Shown: positions 16,739-28,680 of the stretch, piece after piece
Numbering within the stretch: position 1 is the first letter of the stretch
Layout: the number at the start of each line of letters is the position of its first letter
From: Bacteriovoracaceae bacterium
GTDB taxonomy: Bacteria; Bdellovibrionota; Bacteriovoracia; Bacteriovoracales; Bacteriovoracaceae
DNA: 28,680 nucleotides
Direction: 5' to 3'
Assembly: GCA_049599895.1 (NCBI GenBank)
Contig: JBMYPC010000024.1
Coordinates: 1 to 28,680 of the forward strand
The notes under the pieces: generated by a model
The model's input: only the letters and a program-made list of their open reading frames with translations
Database searches by the model: none
Told to the model about the DNA's origin: nothing
Translations under genes and position numbers: made by a program

Positions 16739-17749
16739 ATGCGATACCACTTAGCACTCGTTCTTCTATTAAGTTTTTCTATCACTTCCTGCTTTCAGAG
16801 CAAGCAACAGGATCCTGGAAAGTTTAAAATCAAACTTCGCCTAAGCCATGTTTTTAGTCCTAAAGAAGAGCTTACTTCTTTTATGGATCAGGTGGCGAAA
16901 AGAGTTCTCGAAAAAACAAATGGTGCTGTAGAGATTCTTACTTTTCCACAAGGGCAGATCGCAACTTATAAAGACGGGGTTGAGATGGTTGTTCGAGGGG
17001 CCCATTTTATTTCAGTTGAAGATCCTTCATACATCGGGGATTACGTTCCAGAGTTTACCGCTCTTGTTGGACCGATGCTTTATAATAACTACGATGAATT
17101 TTCAAAACTCGTCAAAACACCTCTTGTTCAAGGTTGGATTAAGAAAATTGAAGAGAAGGGGATTAAGATTCTTTCTCTTGAATATATTTTTGGTTTTCGA
17201 AATGTCATTACAAATAAAGTCGTAAAAACTCCTGAAGACCTAAAAGGGATTAAGCTTCGAACTCCAGGGAGTAAGCTTTTTATCGAGACTCTAAATGCCA
17301 TGGGAGCTACTGCAACTCCACTCCCTTGGGGAGAAACATTTAGTGCTGTTCAACAGGGGGTTGTTGATGGACTTGAGGGTTCTGAATTCACCAACGTAAG
17401 TACAAAGGTTTATGAAACAGGGAAAAAGAAAGTCGCTTTAACAAAACACTTTTTAGGAACTTGTGGAGTGTATATCTCAACAGAGGTATGGAACAAAATC
17501 CCAGAGCAGTACCGAGAGATCGTTCAAGAAGAGTTTAACACAGGAGCTCGAGACATGATTTCAGAGCTTAAAACAAAACATGCAAGTGTTGTGAAAGAGC
17601 TTGAATCCCATGGTGTTGAGTTTAATGAAATTGATCGATCTGCGTTTCAGGAACAAACGAAGAAATTATTTGAAACTCTTCCAGGAGTTAAGATGGAAAT
17701 GTATGACGCCATTCAAGCTGAATTAGCAAAAATTAGAGGTGAGCAATGA
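16739..17749 (+). CDS. dctP: TRAP transporter substrate-binding protein (DctP family), lipoprotein
   Basis: Lipobox ITSC; GFRNV, PEDLKGIKLRTP, MGATATPLPWGE and QQGVVDGLE motifs. Confidence 0.92.
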   Translation: MRYHLALVLLLSFSITSCFQSKQQDPGKFKIKLRLSHVFSPKEELTSFMDQVAKRVLEKTNGAVEILTFPQGQIATYKDGVEMVVRGAHFISVEDPSYIGDYVPEFTALVGPMLYNNYDEFSKLVKTPLVQGWIKKIEEKGIKILSLEYIFGFRNVITNKVVKTPEDLKGIKLRTPGSKLFIETLNAMGATATPLPWGETFSAVQQGVVDGLEGSEFTNVSTKVYETGKKKVALTKHFLGTCGVYISTEVWNKIPEQYREIVQEEFNTGARDMISELKTKHASVVKELESHGVEFNEIDRSAFQEQTKKLFETLPGVKMEMYDAIQAELAKIRGEQ

Positions 17750-18207
17750 AAAACTTTTTTAAAAACTTTGAAGAAATTGTGAGTGGCTTCTTTATTATTT
17801 TAATGGTCACACTTGTGATTTTGAATGTGATTCTTCGCTACGCTTTTAATTATGCCATTTTCTGGTCAGAAGAAGTCGCGACGATCAGTTTTGTTTGGGC
17901 TGTTTTCATTGGTTCAAGTGCCGTTTACAAACATAAAATGGATGTTGGAATTGATGTTCTTATCCTGAGGATGTCTCCATCAAATCAAAGGATCGCAAGG
18001 TTTTGTGTACATTTCTTAATGCTTTTAATTAATGCTTACATTCTTTATTTAAGTCTTGTTTTTACTATTATTGCTTACAACAAACCTACTGCTGTCTTAG
18101 GGGTGAGCTCTGCTGTCGTGAACTCAGCTCTTATCGTAGGTTTTGGACTTATCACAATTCACACCATCCGCTTTATTATTGAGGATTTCAAAGGGAAGGA
18201 GGCGTAA
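17746..18207 (+). CDS. dctQ: TRAP transporter small permease
   Basis: Four TM helices, VILRYAF..WSEEVA motif, ATGA overlap with dctP. Confidence 0.92.
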   Translation: MKNFFKNFEEIVSGFFIILMVTLVILNVILRYAFNYAIFWSEEVATISFVWAVFIGSSAVYKHKMDVGIDVLILRMSPSNQRIARFCVHFLMLLINAYILYLSLVFTIIAYNKPTAVLGVSSAVVNSALIVGFGLITIHTIRFIIEDFKGKEA

Positions 18208-19487
18208 TGGAATACATACCGGTACTAATTGTTTTTACTCTTTATTTTTCAAGCTTACCAATTGCGTTTGCTCTTTTTGGTGCTTCGATTTTTTATTTTA
18301 CATTCATGGATGCAGGGATGCCCGCTGATCTTGTCCTTCAGAAGTTTATTACAGCAACTGCTTCATTTCCTCTTCTTGCGATTCCATTTTTTGTGATGGC
18401 CGGATCGGTTATGAACTATTCAGGTATCAGTAGTAAGCTCATGCAAATGGCGGATGTTTTAACTGGGCATCTTACCGGTGGTCTTGCACAAGTAAATATC
18501 GTCCTTTCAACTTTTATGGGTGGTGTCTCTGGTTCAGCGAATGCTGATGCAGCTATGCAAAGTAAGATTCTCGTTCCACAAATGGAAAAGCGTGGTTACA
18601 GTAAGGCCTTCTCCGCTGCTATTACAGCTGCTTCATCAGCTATTTCACCTGTTATTCCTCCTGGGATTGTTCTTATTATTTATGCTCTAATTGCTCAGGT
18701 TTCTGTTGGGAAAATGTTTGCTGCGGGATATGCTCCAGGGATTATCATGGCCTCTGCTCTAATGATCACTGTTGCTATTATTGCCAACAAAAGAGGGTAC
18801 AAGCCTTCAAGAGAAAAAAGGGCGACTGCTAAAGAAATTTTCACGCAGCTCAAAGAATCCATTTGGTCCCTTGCTCTTCCCTTTGGTGTTATCTTAGGTT
18901 TAAGATTTGGTCTTTTTACACCGACTGAAGCAGGGGCAATGGCCGTGCTTGCTTCTGGGCTTATCGGAATTTTTATTTATAAAGAGCTTAAAAAAGATCA
19001 TTTTATTCCTATCCTTAAAGACACAATTTATGGAACAGGAACAGTTGTTCTTATTATTGTTTCGGCTTCAGTTTTTGGATACTACTTGAACTGGGAGCAA
19101 ATTCCTCAAAGACTAACCGTCGTTCTTTTAGAACTCACTCAAAATAAATATGTGATGCTTGCGATTCTAAACCTATTACTTCTTGCAATGGGGATGTTCT
19201 TAGAGGGTGGAGCTGCTCTTATTATCATTGCTCCTCTAGTTGTTCCTGTTGTGACAAAGCTTGGGGTCGATCCCATTCACTTTGGAGCATCACTTATTGT
19301 TAATATCATGATTGGAGGGGTCACACCTCCTTTTGGATCCATGATGTTTACAACATGTTCGGTGACAAAGGTTGGAGTTGGTGAGTTTGTGCGAGAAATT
19401 TGGCCATTTATCTTAGCACTTCTTATTACGCTTTTAATCGTGACCTATGTTCCTTCGATTGTGCTTTTCTTACCAAATATGATGTAA
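18207..19487 (+). CDS. dctM: TRAP transporter large permease
   Basis: LLAIPFF, GGVSGSANADAA, PVIPPGI, FTPTEA, GVDPIHFG and TPPFG motifs; TAATG coupling. Confidence 0.95.
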   Translation: MEYIPVLIVFTLYFSSLPIAFALFGASIFYFTFMDAGMPADLVLQKFITATASFPLLAIPFFVMAGSVMNYSGISSKLMQMADVLTGHLTGGLAQVNIVLSTFMGGVSGSANADAAMQSKILVPQMEKRGYSKAFSAAITAASSAISPVIPPGIVLIIYALIAQVSVGKMFAAGYAPGIIMASALMITVAIIANKRGYKPSREKRATAKEIFTQLKESIWSLALPFGVILGLRFGLFTPTEAGAMAVLASGLIGIFIYKELKKDHFIPILKDTIYGTGTVVLIIVSASVFGYYLNWEQIPQRLTVVLLELTQNKYVMLAILNLLLLAMGMFLEGGAALIIIAPLVVPVVTKLGVDPIHFGASLIVNIMIGGVTPPFGSMMFTTCSVTKVGVGEFVREIWPFILALLITLLIVTYVPSIVLFLPNMM

Positions 19488-19498
19488 TGAAGGATATT

Positions 19499-19537
19499 AA
19501 ATAACCCAAGTGATTATTATGGTTGCTTGGGTTATTT
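19499..19537. terminator. Stem-loop between convergent dctM and DUF1499 genes, likely bidirectional terminator
   Basis: AAATAACCCAAG...CTTGGGTTATTT, 12-bp perfect arms. Confidence 0.7.
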
Positions 19538-19960
19538 CAGTTTTAATAGTAACTCATCCATTCTTTTTCGATTCACTCCAAGATCGCTGTGCCCAACTCT
19601 TGAAGCTGATCTGAAGTGTACTTTGTTTTGATTTTCGTCAATAAGAAATTCCACATCATCAACCCAGCGAAAGATTAGGCTTTTAAACTCAAAGTGAAGA
19701 TAGTTCTTCTCTTCTGTTACAAGTGTTGTTCTTGGCAACTGAAGAAGAACTGATTTTATCTTTTTTTTCATTTCATCTAGGGATAGAGAGAATGAAAGTG
19801 GTTTCATTATTTTCTCTTCTTGGGTAGATTGAGTTGAAACACAATTTGGACTTTCCGGACAAGGTCTCAGTTTTCCATCAATAAGACCAACGTTGACTTT
19901 AGGGGATGAACAGGCAGATAAAAAAATAAAAGTGAGAAGAAAACTAGATTTTATTAACAT
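19532..19960 (-). CDS. DUF1499 family lipoprotein
   Basis: Lipobox LSAC; LRPCPESPNCVST, FRWVDDVEF and RSASRVGHSDLGVNRKR motifs. Confidence 0.9.
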   Translation of the reverse strand: MLIKSSFLLTFIFLSACSSPKVNVGLIDGKLRPCPESPNCVSTQSTQEEKIMKPLSFSLSLDEMKKKIKSVLLQLPRTTLVTEEKNYLHFEFKSLIFRWVDDVEFLIDENQNKVHFRSASRVGHSDLGVNRKRMDELLLKLK

Positions 19961-20082
19961 AAAAGACCTCTTTGATAAAAAAGTACCATAGATTATGAGT
20001 ATTGAAAGTATACAAATGTTAGAGCCCTCAGTATGATTTTTGTAGAGAATAGCTGAATATTAACAAATCAAATTAATCAGAA

Positions 20083-20333
20083 ATGGAAATTTACTTTTAT
20101 CTTTTATTTGCGGTCCTTTTTGTGCTTTTCGTTTTGGCCTTAAAGAGTTTCGCTTTCAAATGGGAAAACGACAAGTAATTCCGGGTTGGGAAGCTGGTAT
20201 GATGGGAATGAAAGTAGGTGAAGTTCGAAAGTTTACGATTGCTCCAGAAGAAGCCTACGGAAGCGAAGGTAAGGGAACCGTCCCGCCAAACTCAACGATT
20301 CGTTTTGAAGTAGAGCTTTTAGTAAAAAGATAA
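20083..20333 (+). pseudogene. FKBP-type peptidyl-prolyl isomerase remnant (not in ORF track)
   Basis: Hydrophobic anchor MEIYFYLLFAVLFVLFVLALKS-FAFK, then a frameshift near 20160 into GKRQVIPGWEAGMMGMKVGEVRKFTIAPEEAYG..VPPNSTIRFEVELL. The N-terminal half of the FKBP domain is absent. Confidence 0.85.
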
Positions 20334-20337
20334 ATCT

Positions 20338-20832
20338 ATGATTCATAAAATCCCTCTCAAAGTCGCTCTGAAGATGATGAAATACTGGCCTCCTTATTTC
20401 GGTTCAGGAGTGTCGATTGAATCAATGAATGATGATTTAACAGAAATCGTCGTTAAGATGCCTTTAACGAAATTAAATGCCAACTACGTTGGAACTCACT
20501 TTGGTGGTTCTCTTTATAGCATGTGTGATCCTTTTTATATGCTGATGCTGCTCCATCATATGAAAGAAAACCATGTAGTCTGGGATCAGGCCGCTAAAAT
20601 AGAATTTATAAAACCAGGCAAGGGAACAGTGAGAGCAAAGTTTCAAATCTCTCATGACGAGATCAATGATTTTAGAAAACAGGCTCTTGAAAGTTTTAGT
20701 CTTAGACCTGTCTTTCATTGTGAAGTGAGAGACTCTGATGATGAAGTTGTCGCGAAAGTTGAAAAGCATCTCTACATAAGAAGAAAGGATGCCAAGGAAA
20801 GGTTTTCAAAAAAAGAGCACTCCAATTCTTGA
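20338..20832 (+). CDS. Hotdog-fold thioesterase-like protein (DUF4442/YiiD-C)
   Basis: WPPYFGSG, NYVGTHFGGSLYSMCDPFY and VWDQAAKIEFIKPG motifs. Confidence 0.88.
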   Translation: MIHKIPLKVALKMMKYWPPYFGSGVSIESMNDDLTEIVVKMPLTKLNANYVGTHFGGSLYSMCDPFYMLMLLHHMKENHVVWDQAAKIEFIKPGKGTVRAKFQISHDEINDFRKQALESFSLRPVFHCEVRDSDDEVVAKVEKHLYIRRKDAKERFSKKEHSNS

Positions 20833-20990
20833 AGTGCTCTTCACAATATCTACTTTTTTAAGCTCACCTTCTTATGAATAAGTTTTGAATAATCAGTGTG
20901 CTGTGGGTCACCACGGCGCATCGTGTTTGCTATTTGAGCTTAAGGTATATTCTCATCAAGATTGCAACTTCTAAATACACCGAGGTTTTG

Positions 20991-21752
20991 ATGAGACATA
21001 GAATACAGCTTCCCATGAAAGAGTACCGTCATTACGAGCAAAATGAGGCTTTTTTCTATTTAGTTAAAGATGGTGATGAAAAAGAAAAAATTCCTTTTCA
21101 TGATTATGGAAGAATTTATCGAACCCCTGGTCTTTATGAGCAAATCTTTTATGACCGCCTTCGCTGTAAATCTCCTGAAGTTGTAACAGAACTTCTTTAC
21201 AAGGCCATCCAGTCTAATCAAAAAAAGTTTACTGAACTTCGAGTTCTGGATTTTGGTGCTGGAAATGGTCTCATGGGGGAGGCCCTTAAAAAGTATGGAG
21301 TGTCTCGTTTGGTCGCTGCAGACATTGAACCTATGGCCAAAGTGGCAGCCTATCGAGATCGGCCTGGAATCTATGATAATTATTATATCGAAGATTTTAC
21401 CTCTTTGAAAAAGGAGTCAGTTGAAGAGCTAGAAGACTGGTCGTTTGATTGTTTGACCACTGTGGCGGCACTTGGGTTTGGTGATATTCCAGTTAAAGCA
21501 TTTCATCAGGCAATGAATCTTGTTAGTGATGATGGCTGGATTGCCTTCAATATTAAAGAGTCATTTTTGAAACCCTCAGACCAGTCAGGTTTTTCAAAAT
21601 ATATCCGCAGTCTCATTCTTTCAGAGTATTTTGAAGTTCATTTCATCGAGAGATACAACCACCGTGTTTCTATGGAGGGACAACCACTTTATTATTACGG
21701 AATTGTGGCGAAAAAATGTGCTCATATCCCTGATGAAATGCTTGAAAGTTAA
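20991..21752 (+). CDS. Class I SAM-dependent methyltransferase
   Basis: VLDFGAGNG motif I. ATG 20991 follows GAGG and is preferred over 20898. Confidence 0.85.
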   Translation: MRHRIQLPMKEYRHYEQNEAFFYLVKDGDEKEKIPFHDYGRIYRTPGLYEQIFYDRLRCKSPEVVTELLYKAIQSNQKKFTELRVLDFGAGNGLMGEALKKYGVSRLVAADIEPMAKVAAYRDRPGIYDNYYIEDFTSLKKESVEELEDWSFDCLTTVAALGFGDIPVKAFHQAMNLVSDDGWIAFNIKESFLKPSDQSGFSKYIRSLILSEYFEVHFIERYNHRVSMEGQPLYYYGIVAKKCAHIPDEMLES

Positions 21753-21833
21753 AGCATGGCCTTTTGTGGATCGCGGCGCGGAAAGGTTAAGACCTATTGA
21801 CGAGCCTTGTCGAAAAATCATAATATTGCGTCT

Positions 21834-22631
21834 ATGATTAGATTTTATTTAAATGGCGAACTCTGCGAAGTAGAGGATTCACAGGCATCTCTCATGCTTT
21901 CTGACTACCTTCGTTATGAAAAGTGTTTAACGGGAACTAAAGTTGTTTGTGCAGAAGGTGATTGTGGGGCTTGTAGTGTTCTAAAATATTATCCTTTAAA
22001 TTCAGGGGTCGATGCTGAGCACTTTGTCAGTATGAATTCCTGTATTTCTCCACTTTCAACTCTTCATGGCCCTCATATTTTGACTGTTGAGTCCCTGCAA
22101 GAAGGCGAAAAGCTTCACCCTGCCCAGTCTTCCATTATTAATCACCACGGAACTCAATGTGGGTTTTGTACTCCAGGCTTTGCCGTCGCCTTGGCGGGAC
22201 TTTGTGAAGAAAAAATTTCAAGAGGAGAAAAAGAAGTCTCTGAAGAAGAAGGAAAGAACGCTTTAACTGGAAACCTTTGCAGGTGTACGGGATATAATTC
22301 TTTGATTGAAGCTTCCACGCAAATGCAGTTTGAAAAAGAGAAAAGTCTTAAAGATCGCTACCAAACAAAAGAAATTGATGGAAACTTAAATGAAATTGTT
22401 AAAGATGATCTTCGTATTGAAACTGAAGATTATCTTTTTTATGCTCCCAATAGTTATGAGAAAGCTCTTAAGTACTTAGATGAATACGAAGATGCAAAGA
22501 TTATCGCTAAGGGGACAGATCTTGGGGTTGTTCACAATAAAAGAAAGATTAAACTGAACCATCTTTTAAGTCTGCAGTTAATTCCCAAGGCGCAAAGGGA
22601 CGGTTTGGTTTTTCATAACTATTTCGAGTGA
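21834..22631 (+). pseudogene. xdhA: Xanthine dehydrogenase small subunit, 3'-truncated
   Basis: GTKVVCAEGDCGAC, QCGFCTPGF, GNLCRCTGY and the start of the FAD domain (IIAKGTDLG). Homology stops near 22590 and no xdhB follows. Confidence 0.85.
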
Positions 22632-22749
22632 GGAAAAGGCCTTGGTTAAGTGAGAGAAAATGTCCGCCAAATGGAATGTGGAGAAGATGAAGGAATGAAC
22701 CTAGAAAGACCTCAATTAATGAAAGATTCACGGCCTTTTCAATGATCAT
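22549..22749 (-). pseudogene. 5' fragment of a membrane protein gene truncated against xdhA
   Basis: ATG coupled (TAATG) to the DMT stop. MIIEKAVNLSLIEVFLGSFLHLLHIPFGGHFLSLNQGLFL reads as a genuine membrane N-terminus and then runs into xdhA antisense. Confidence 0.55.
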
Positions 22750-23195
22750 TATTTTTTCCAATAGGTAATAAGGAGTCCTAGAAGAGCTACTGAGATACCA
22801 ATATATTTTTGGGGAGTTAATTCAAGCCCTTCGTATTTTAAATCCCAGAGAACACTAAAAAAGAGCTGACCAATAACAATACAGAGAAAGACACTTGAAG
22901 CTCCAACTTTAGGAATCAAAGCGGGAATCCCACAAATAATGATAAAGCCACAAACTGAAGGAATAAGGTACCACATGCGAAATGTGGACTTTTGAAATTT
23001 TGCAGGAAAGCTTTCAGGAAAAAGTTGAGGAGCGTAACTACAAATCCAGACAAAAAACGCAGCAACAAAAACAAGAGTAAAACTATTAAGAAAGATTGCG
23101 CCAGAAAGACCCCACTCTGAGGTAATCTTTCGATTTACCCCTCCTTGAAGGACAGTAACGGCACCAATAAAAAATGAGAGTATCAAATAGATCAT
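22749..23195 (-). CDS. DMT family transporter (YdcZ/DUF606-like)
   Basis: Five TM helices; LQGGVN, IPKVGA and GQLFFSVLWD motifs. ATG 23195 preferred. Confidence 0.85.
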   Translation of the reverse strand: MIYLILSFFIGAVTVLQGGVNRKITSEWGLSGAIFLNSFTLVFVAAFFVWICSYAPQLFPESFPAKFQKSTFRMWYLIPSVCGFIIICGIPALIPKVGASSVFLCIVIGQLFFSVLWDLKYEGLELTPQKYIGISVALLGLLITYWKK

Positions 23196-23394
23196 AAAGA
23201 CAAGGTTATCAAATATCTTTTTGATATCACAACTCATTAGATCAATATTACAATCAAAGCCTGATTTAGCTGCTGCTTCGAAATCATTTTGGAAGGTCCA
23301 TTTGTGAATGTCTTCAAGCTGTTTTCTTTGATGAGTTATTCTGAAGTAAGTTTCCTGGCTTCTTTACGCCACCTACGTGATTTCAAAGGTTTAA

Positions 23395-26645
<3,251 letters not shown>

Positions 26646-26767
26646 AATGGCGCTAGTATCATCATTGGTATAAACTTTATAGAATTACCTTCAGAGTGGA
26701 TAAGCTTTACATTAATCTCTCTGAAGAAAAAGGTGATAACCCATTAAAAATAGGAATATGTGCAGGG

Positions 26768-27379
26768 ATGAAAGACCTTAAGGCCATCGAGCTTGGAATG
26801 AAAGCGGTTTATAACGAGAATGCTGGGGAATACGACAAACAGCGCTCAAAATCATTATTTGAAAAGTCCTGGTTGGATAAGTTCCTTGTGCATTTAGATG
26901 ATCGTGATGAGATTCTAGATATCGGCTGTGGTCCAGCCGAGCCTATTGCAAAATATTTTATCGAAAAAGGCTTTAAGATTACTGGCATCGATTTTTCTAA
27001 AAAGATGATTGAAATCGCAAAGTCACGATTCCCAAATGAGAATTGGCTGGTTCAAGATATGAGAGAATTAGACCTTGAGAAAAAATTCAAAGGGATTATT
27101 GCCTGGGATAGCTTCTTTCACCTTAATCAGGAAGATCAGAAAAAAACACTTTCCCTAATTTTGAGCAAACTCAAACCTGGAGGAGTTTTCTTGACTACTG
27201 TTGGGCCAGATAGTGGGGAAGTGACAGGACAGGTAAATGGTGAGGAAGTCTACCATTCAAGTCTTTCTCAAGCTGAATACCGTGACATATTAGATAGTGG
27301 CAGTTGTGAGTTGCTTGAGTTTGTCGCTAATGATCCTGATTGCACGGGACATTCTGTTTTGCTTGTGAAAAAGAATTAA
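26768..27379 (+). CDS. Class I SAM-dependent methyltransferase
   Basis: ILDIGCGPAEP, GIDFS, AWDSFFHL and LKPGG motifs. Start uncertain (26696, 26768 or 26798). Confidence 0.88.
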   Translation: MKDLKAIELGMKAVYNENAGEYDKQRSKSLFEKSWLDKFLVHLDDRDEILDIGCGPAEPIAKYFIEKGFKITGIDFSKKMIEIAKSRFPNENWLVQDMRELDLEKKFKGIIAWDSFFHLNQEDQKKTLSLILSKLKPGGVFLTTVGPDSGEVTGQVNGEEVYHSSLSQAEYRDILDSGSCELLEFVANDPDCTGHSVLLVKKN

Positions 27380-27723
27380 GCTTTCTTAACAACAGAACAC
27401 TTTAAATAAATTGATCCGTACCCATCGGCTTTACAAGAAATATCGTGTCCATTAACAGGCTCATCCAAAAGTCGGATATTTTTAACTTTGGTCCCTGACT
27501 TTATAGTTGTCGAACCTCCAAGTTTGAGGTCTTTTATGACTGTCACAGAATCTCCATTTTGGAGTTCATTGCCATTTGAGTCGAGAAATTGAGGACTATT
27601 TTCCTCCTCAAGAGCAGTTTCTTCACTCCACTCATGTCCACATTCCGGACAGATCCAGAGATGTTGGTCGGGATAACCATAGGGAGATTGGCACTTTGGG
27701 CAGGTTTTATTGTCTTCACTCAT
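27376..27723 (-). CDS. yjdM: Zinc-ribbon PhnA/YjdM family protein
   Basis: CPKC..CPECGHEW and DSNGNELQNGDSVTVIKDLK..IKSGTKVKNIRL motifs. Confidence 0.9.
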   Translation of the reverse strand: MSEDNKTCPKCQSPYGYPDQHLWICPECGHEWSEETALEEENSPQFLDSNGNELQNGDSVTVIKDLKLGGSTTIKSGTKVKNIRLLDEPVNGHDISCKADGYGSIYLKCSVVKKA

Positions 27724-27788
27724 AAAAACAGTTTATCAATTCTAGACGAGTTATGTAAAATAAGCCTGATTTACTAAGGAGAAAAGAG

Positions 27789-28517
27789 ATGGGAAGAAAA
27801 TCAGCAAAAATCGCTGATCGAAAGGGTGCAGCGGATAGAGCGAAGGCGCAGGTTTACACCAAGGCCCTTCACGATGTTTATATTGCTTCAAAAAGTGGAA
27901 GTGATGATGTGGGCACAAACTTCTTATTAAAAGTTGCAGTTGAGCGCTGCAAGAAATTCAATGTTCCAAAAGACAATGTTGAGAAGGCCATTAAAAAAGG
28001 CCAAGGCTCCGATGGAGCCGGTTACGAAGATATCAATTACGAGGGTTATGGCCCAAATGGCGTCGCTGTTTTTGTTGAGGCCTCAACGAATAATGTCACG
28101 AGAACTGTAGCAAACGTCAGAAATTATTTTAAAAAATGTGGAGGATCGCTAGGTGTGACTGGTTCTCTTGAATTTGTTTTTAGCCAAAAATCAAGTTTCA
28201 AAGTTCCTGCCGAGGGCATCGATGAAGATGATTTTACTATGAGCATGATTGATGCCGGTGCTGAAGATGTGATCTCTGAGGGAGAGTTCTTCAAAGTTCT
28301 TGGCGAAAGAGATTCCTTTGGAACAATTCAAGAAATGCTTCAACAAATTAATGTCACACCAGAAGAAGCGTCATTGGTTCGAATTCCATTAAACACAAAA
28401 AGTGTCGATGACGAAACTTTTGAGCAAATTGAAAAGCTTATTGGTTTGCTTGAAGACGATGAAGATGTTGTGACTGTCTATCATAATATGGAAGATTCTG
28501 ATGAGGAAGTTTCTTAG
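27789..28517 (+). CDS. yebC: YebC/PmpR family protein
   Basis: PKDNVEKAIKK, YEGYGPNGVAVFVE, TNNVTRT and LEDDEDV..VYHN motifs; AAGGAG RBS. Confidence 0.95.
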   Translation: MGRKSAKIADRKGAADRAKAQVYTKALHDVYIASKSGSDDVGTNFLLKVAVERCKKFNVPKDNVEKAIKKGQGSDGAGYEDINYEGYGPNGVAVFVEASTNNVTRTVANVRNYFKKCGGSLGVTGSLEFVFSQKSSFKVPAEGIDEDDFTMSMIDAGAEDVISEGEFFKVLGERDSFGTIQEMLQQINVTPEEASLVRIPLNTKSVDDETFEQIEKLIGLLEDDEDVVTVYHNMEDSDEEVS

Positions 28518-28680
28518 GCATTTCGCTGTAGCCTGAAGCGGGAAATGATCATTTTAACTTATTTTAAATTTAAGCCTCGTTTTAATTTAATCTGACATGA
28601 CTTTATATGGAAGAGGTTGGAACTTATTAAGCACATACAAATCTAAACACACTGATATGATTTCAATACTTTAATAAGCT

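Noticed and set aside
28586..28617. dif-like Xer site downstream of yebC
   Set aside because: Arm matches are poor and the spacer length is wrong.

Overview
AT-rich bacterial chromosomal window (roughly 35-40% GC by eye). Gene style and content suggest Bdellovibrionota (Bacteriovorax/Halobacteriovorax-like), but this is an inference. It holds about 25 intact accessory and housekeeping genes: a 2Fe-2S/FAD reductase, an SSS-Gfo/Idh/MocA-PHP(DUF3604-like) uptake/catabolic operon, a CBS protein, a pirin, a KefC-like antiporter, SulP, a PQQ aldose dehydrogenase, a TRAP transporter, adenine/adenosine deaminase, an OsmC-YcaO fusion, yjdM/phnA and yebC. Mixed among them is a high density of damaged genes: DoxX, a second pirin, a LysR regulator, a secreted Cys protein, an FKBP, and xdhA joined by a deletion to an opposite-strand gene fragment. 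The most novel-looking element is a small secreted protein with a Tyr-x-x periodic segment and seven 16-aa C-x8-C-x5-H repeats. It sits behind a correctly spaced sigma54-type promoter and ends in its own 3' stem-loop. A sigma28-type promoter precedes the KTN-less KefC-like gene. No rRNA, tRNA, CRISPR array or IS element was recognised.
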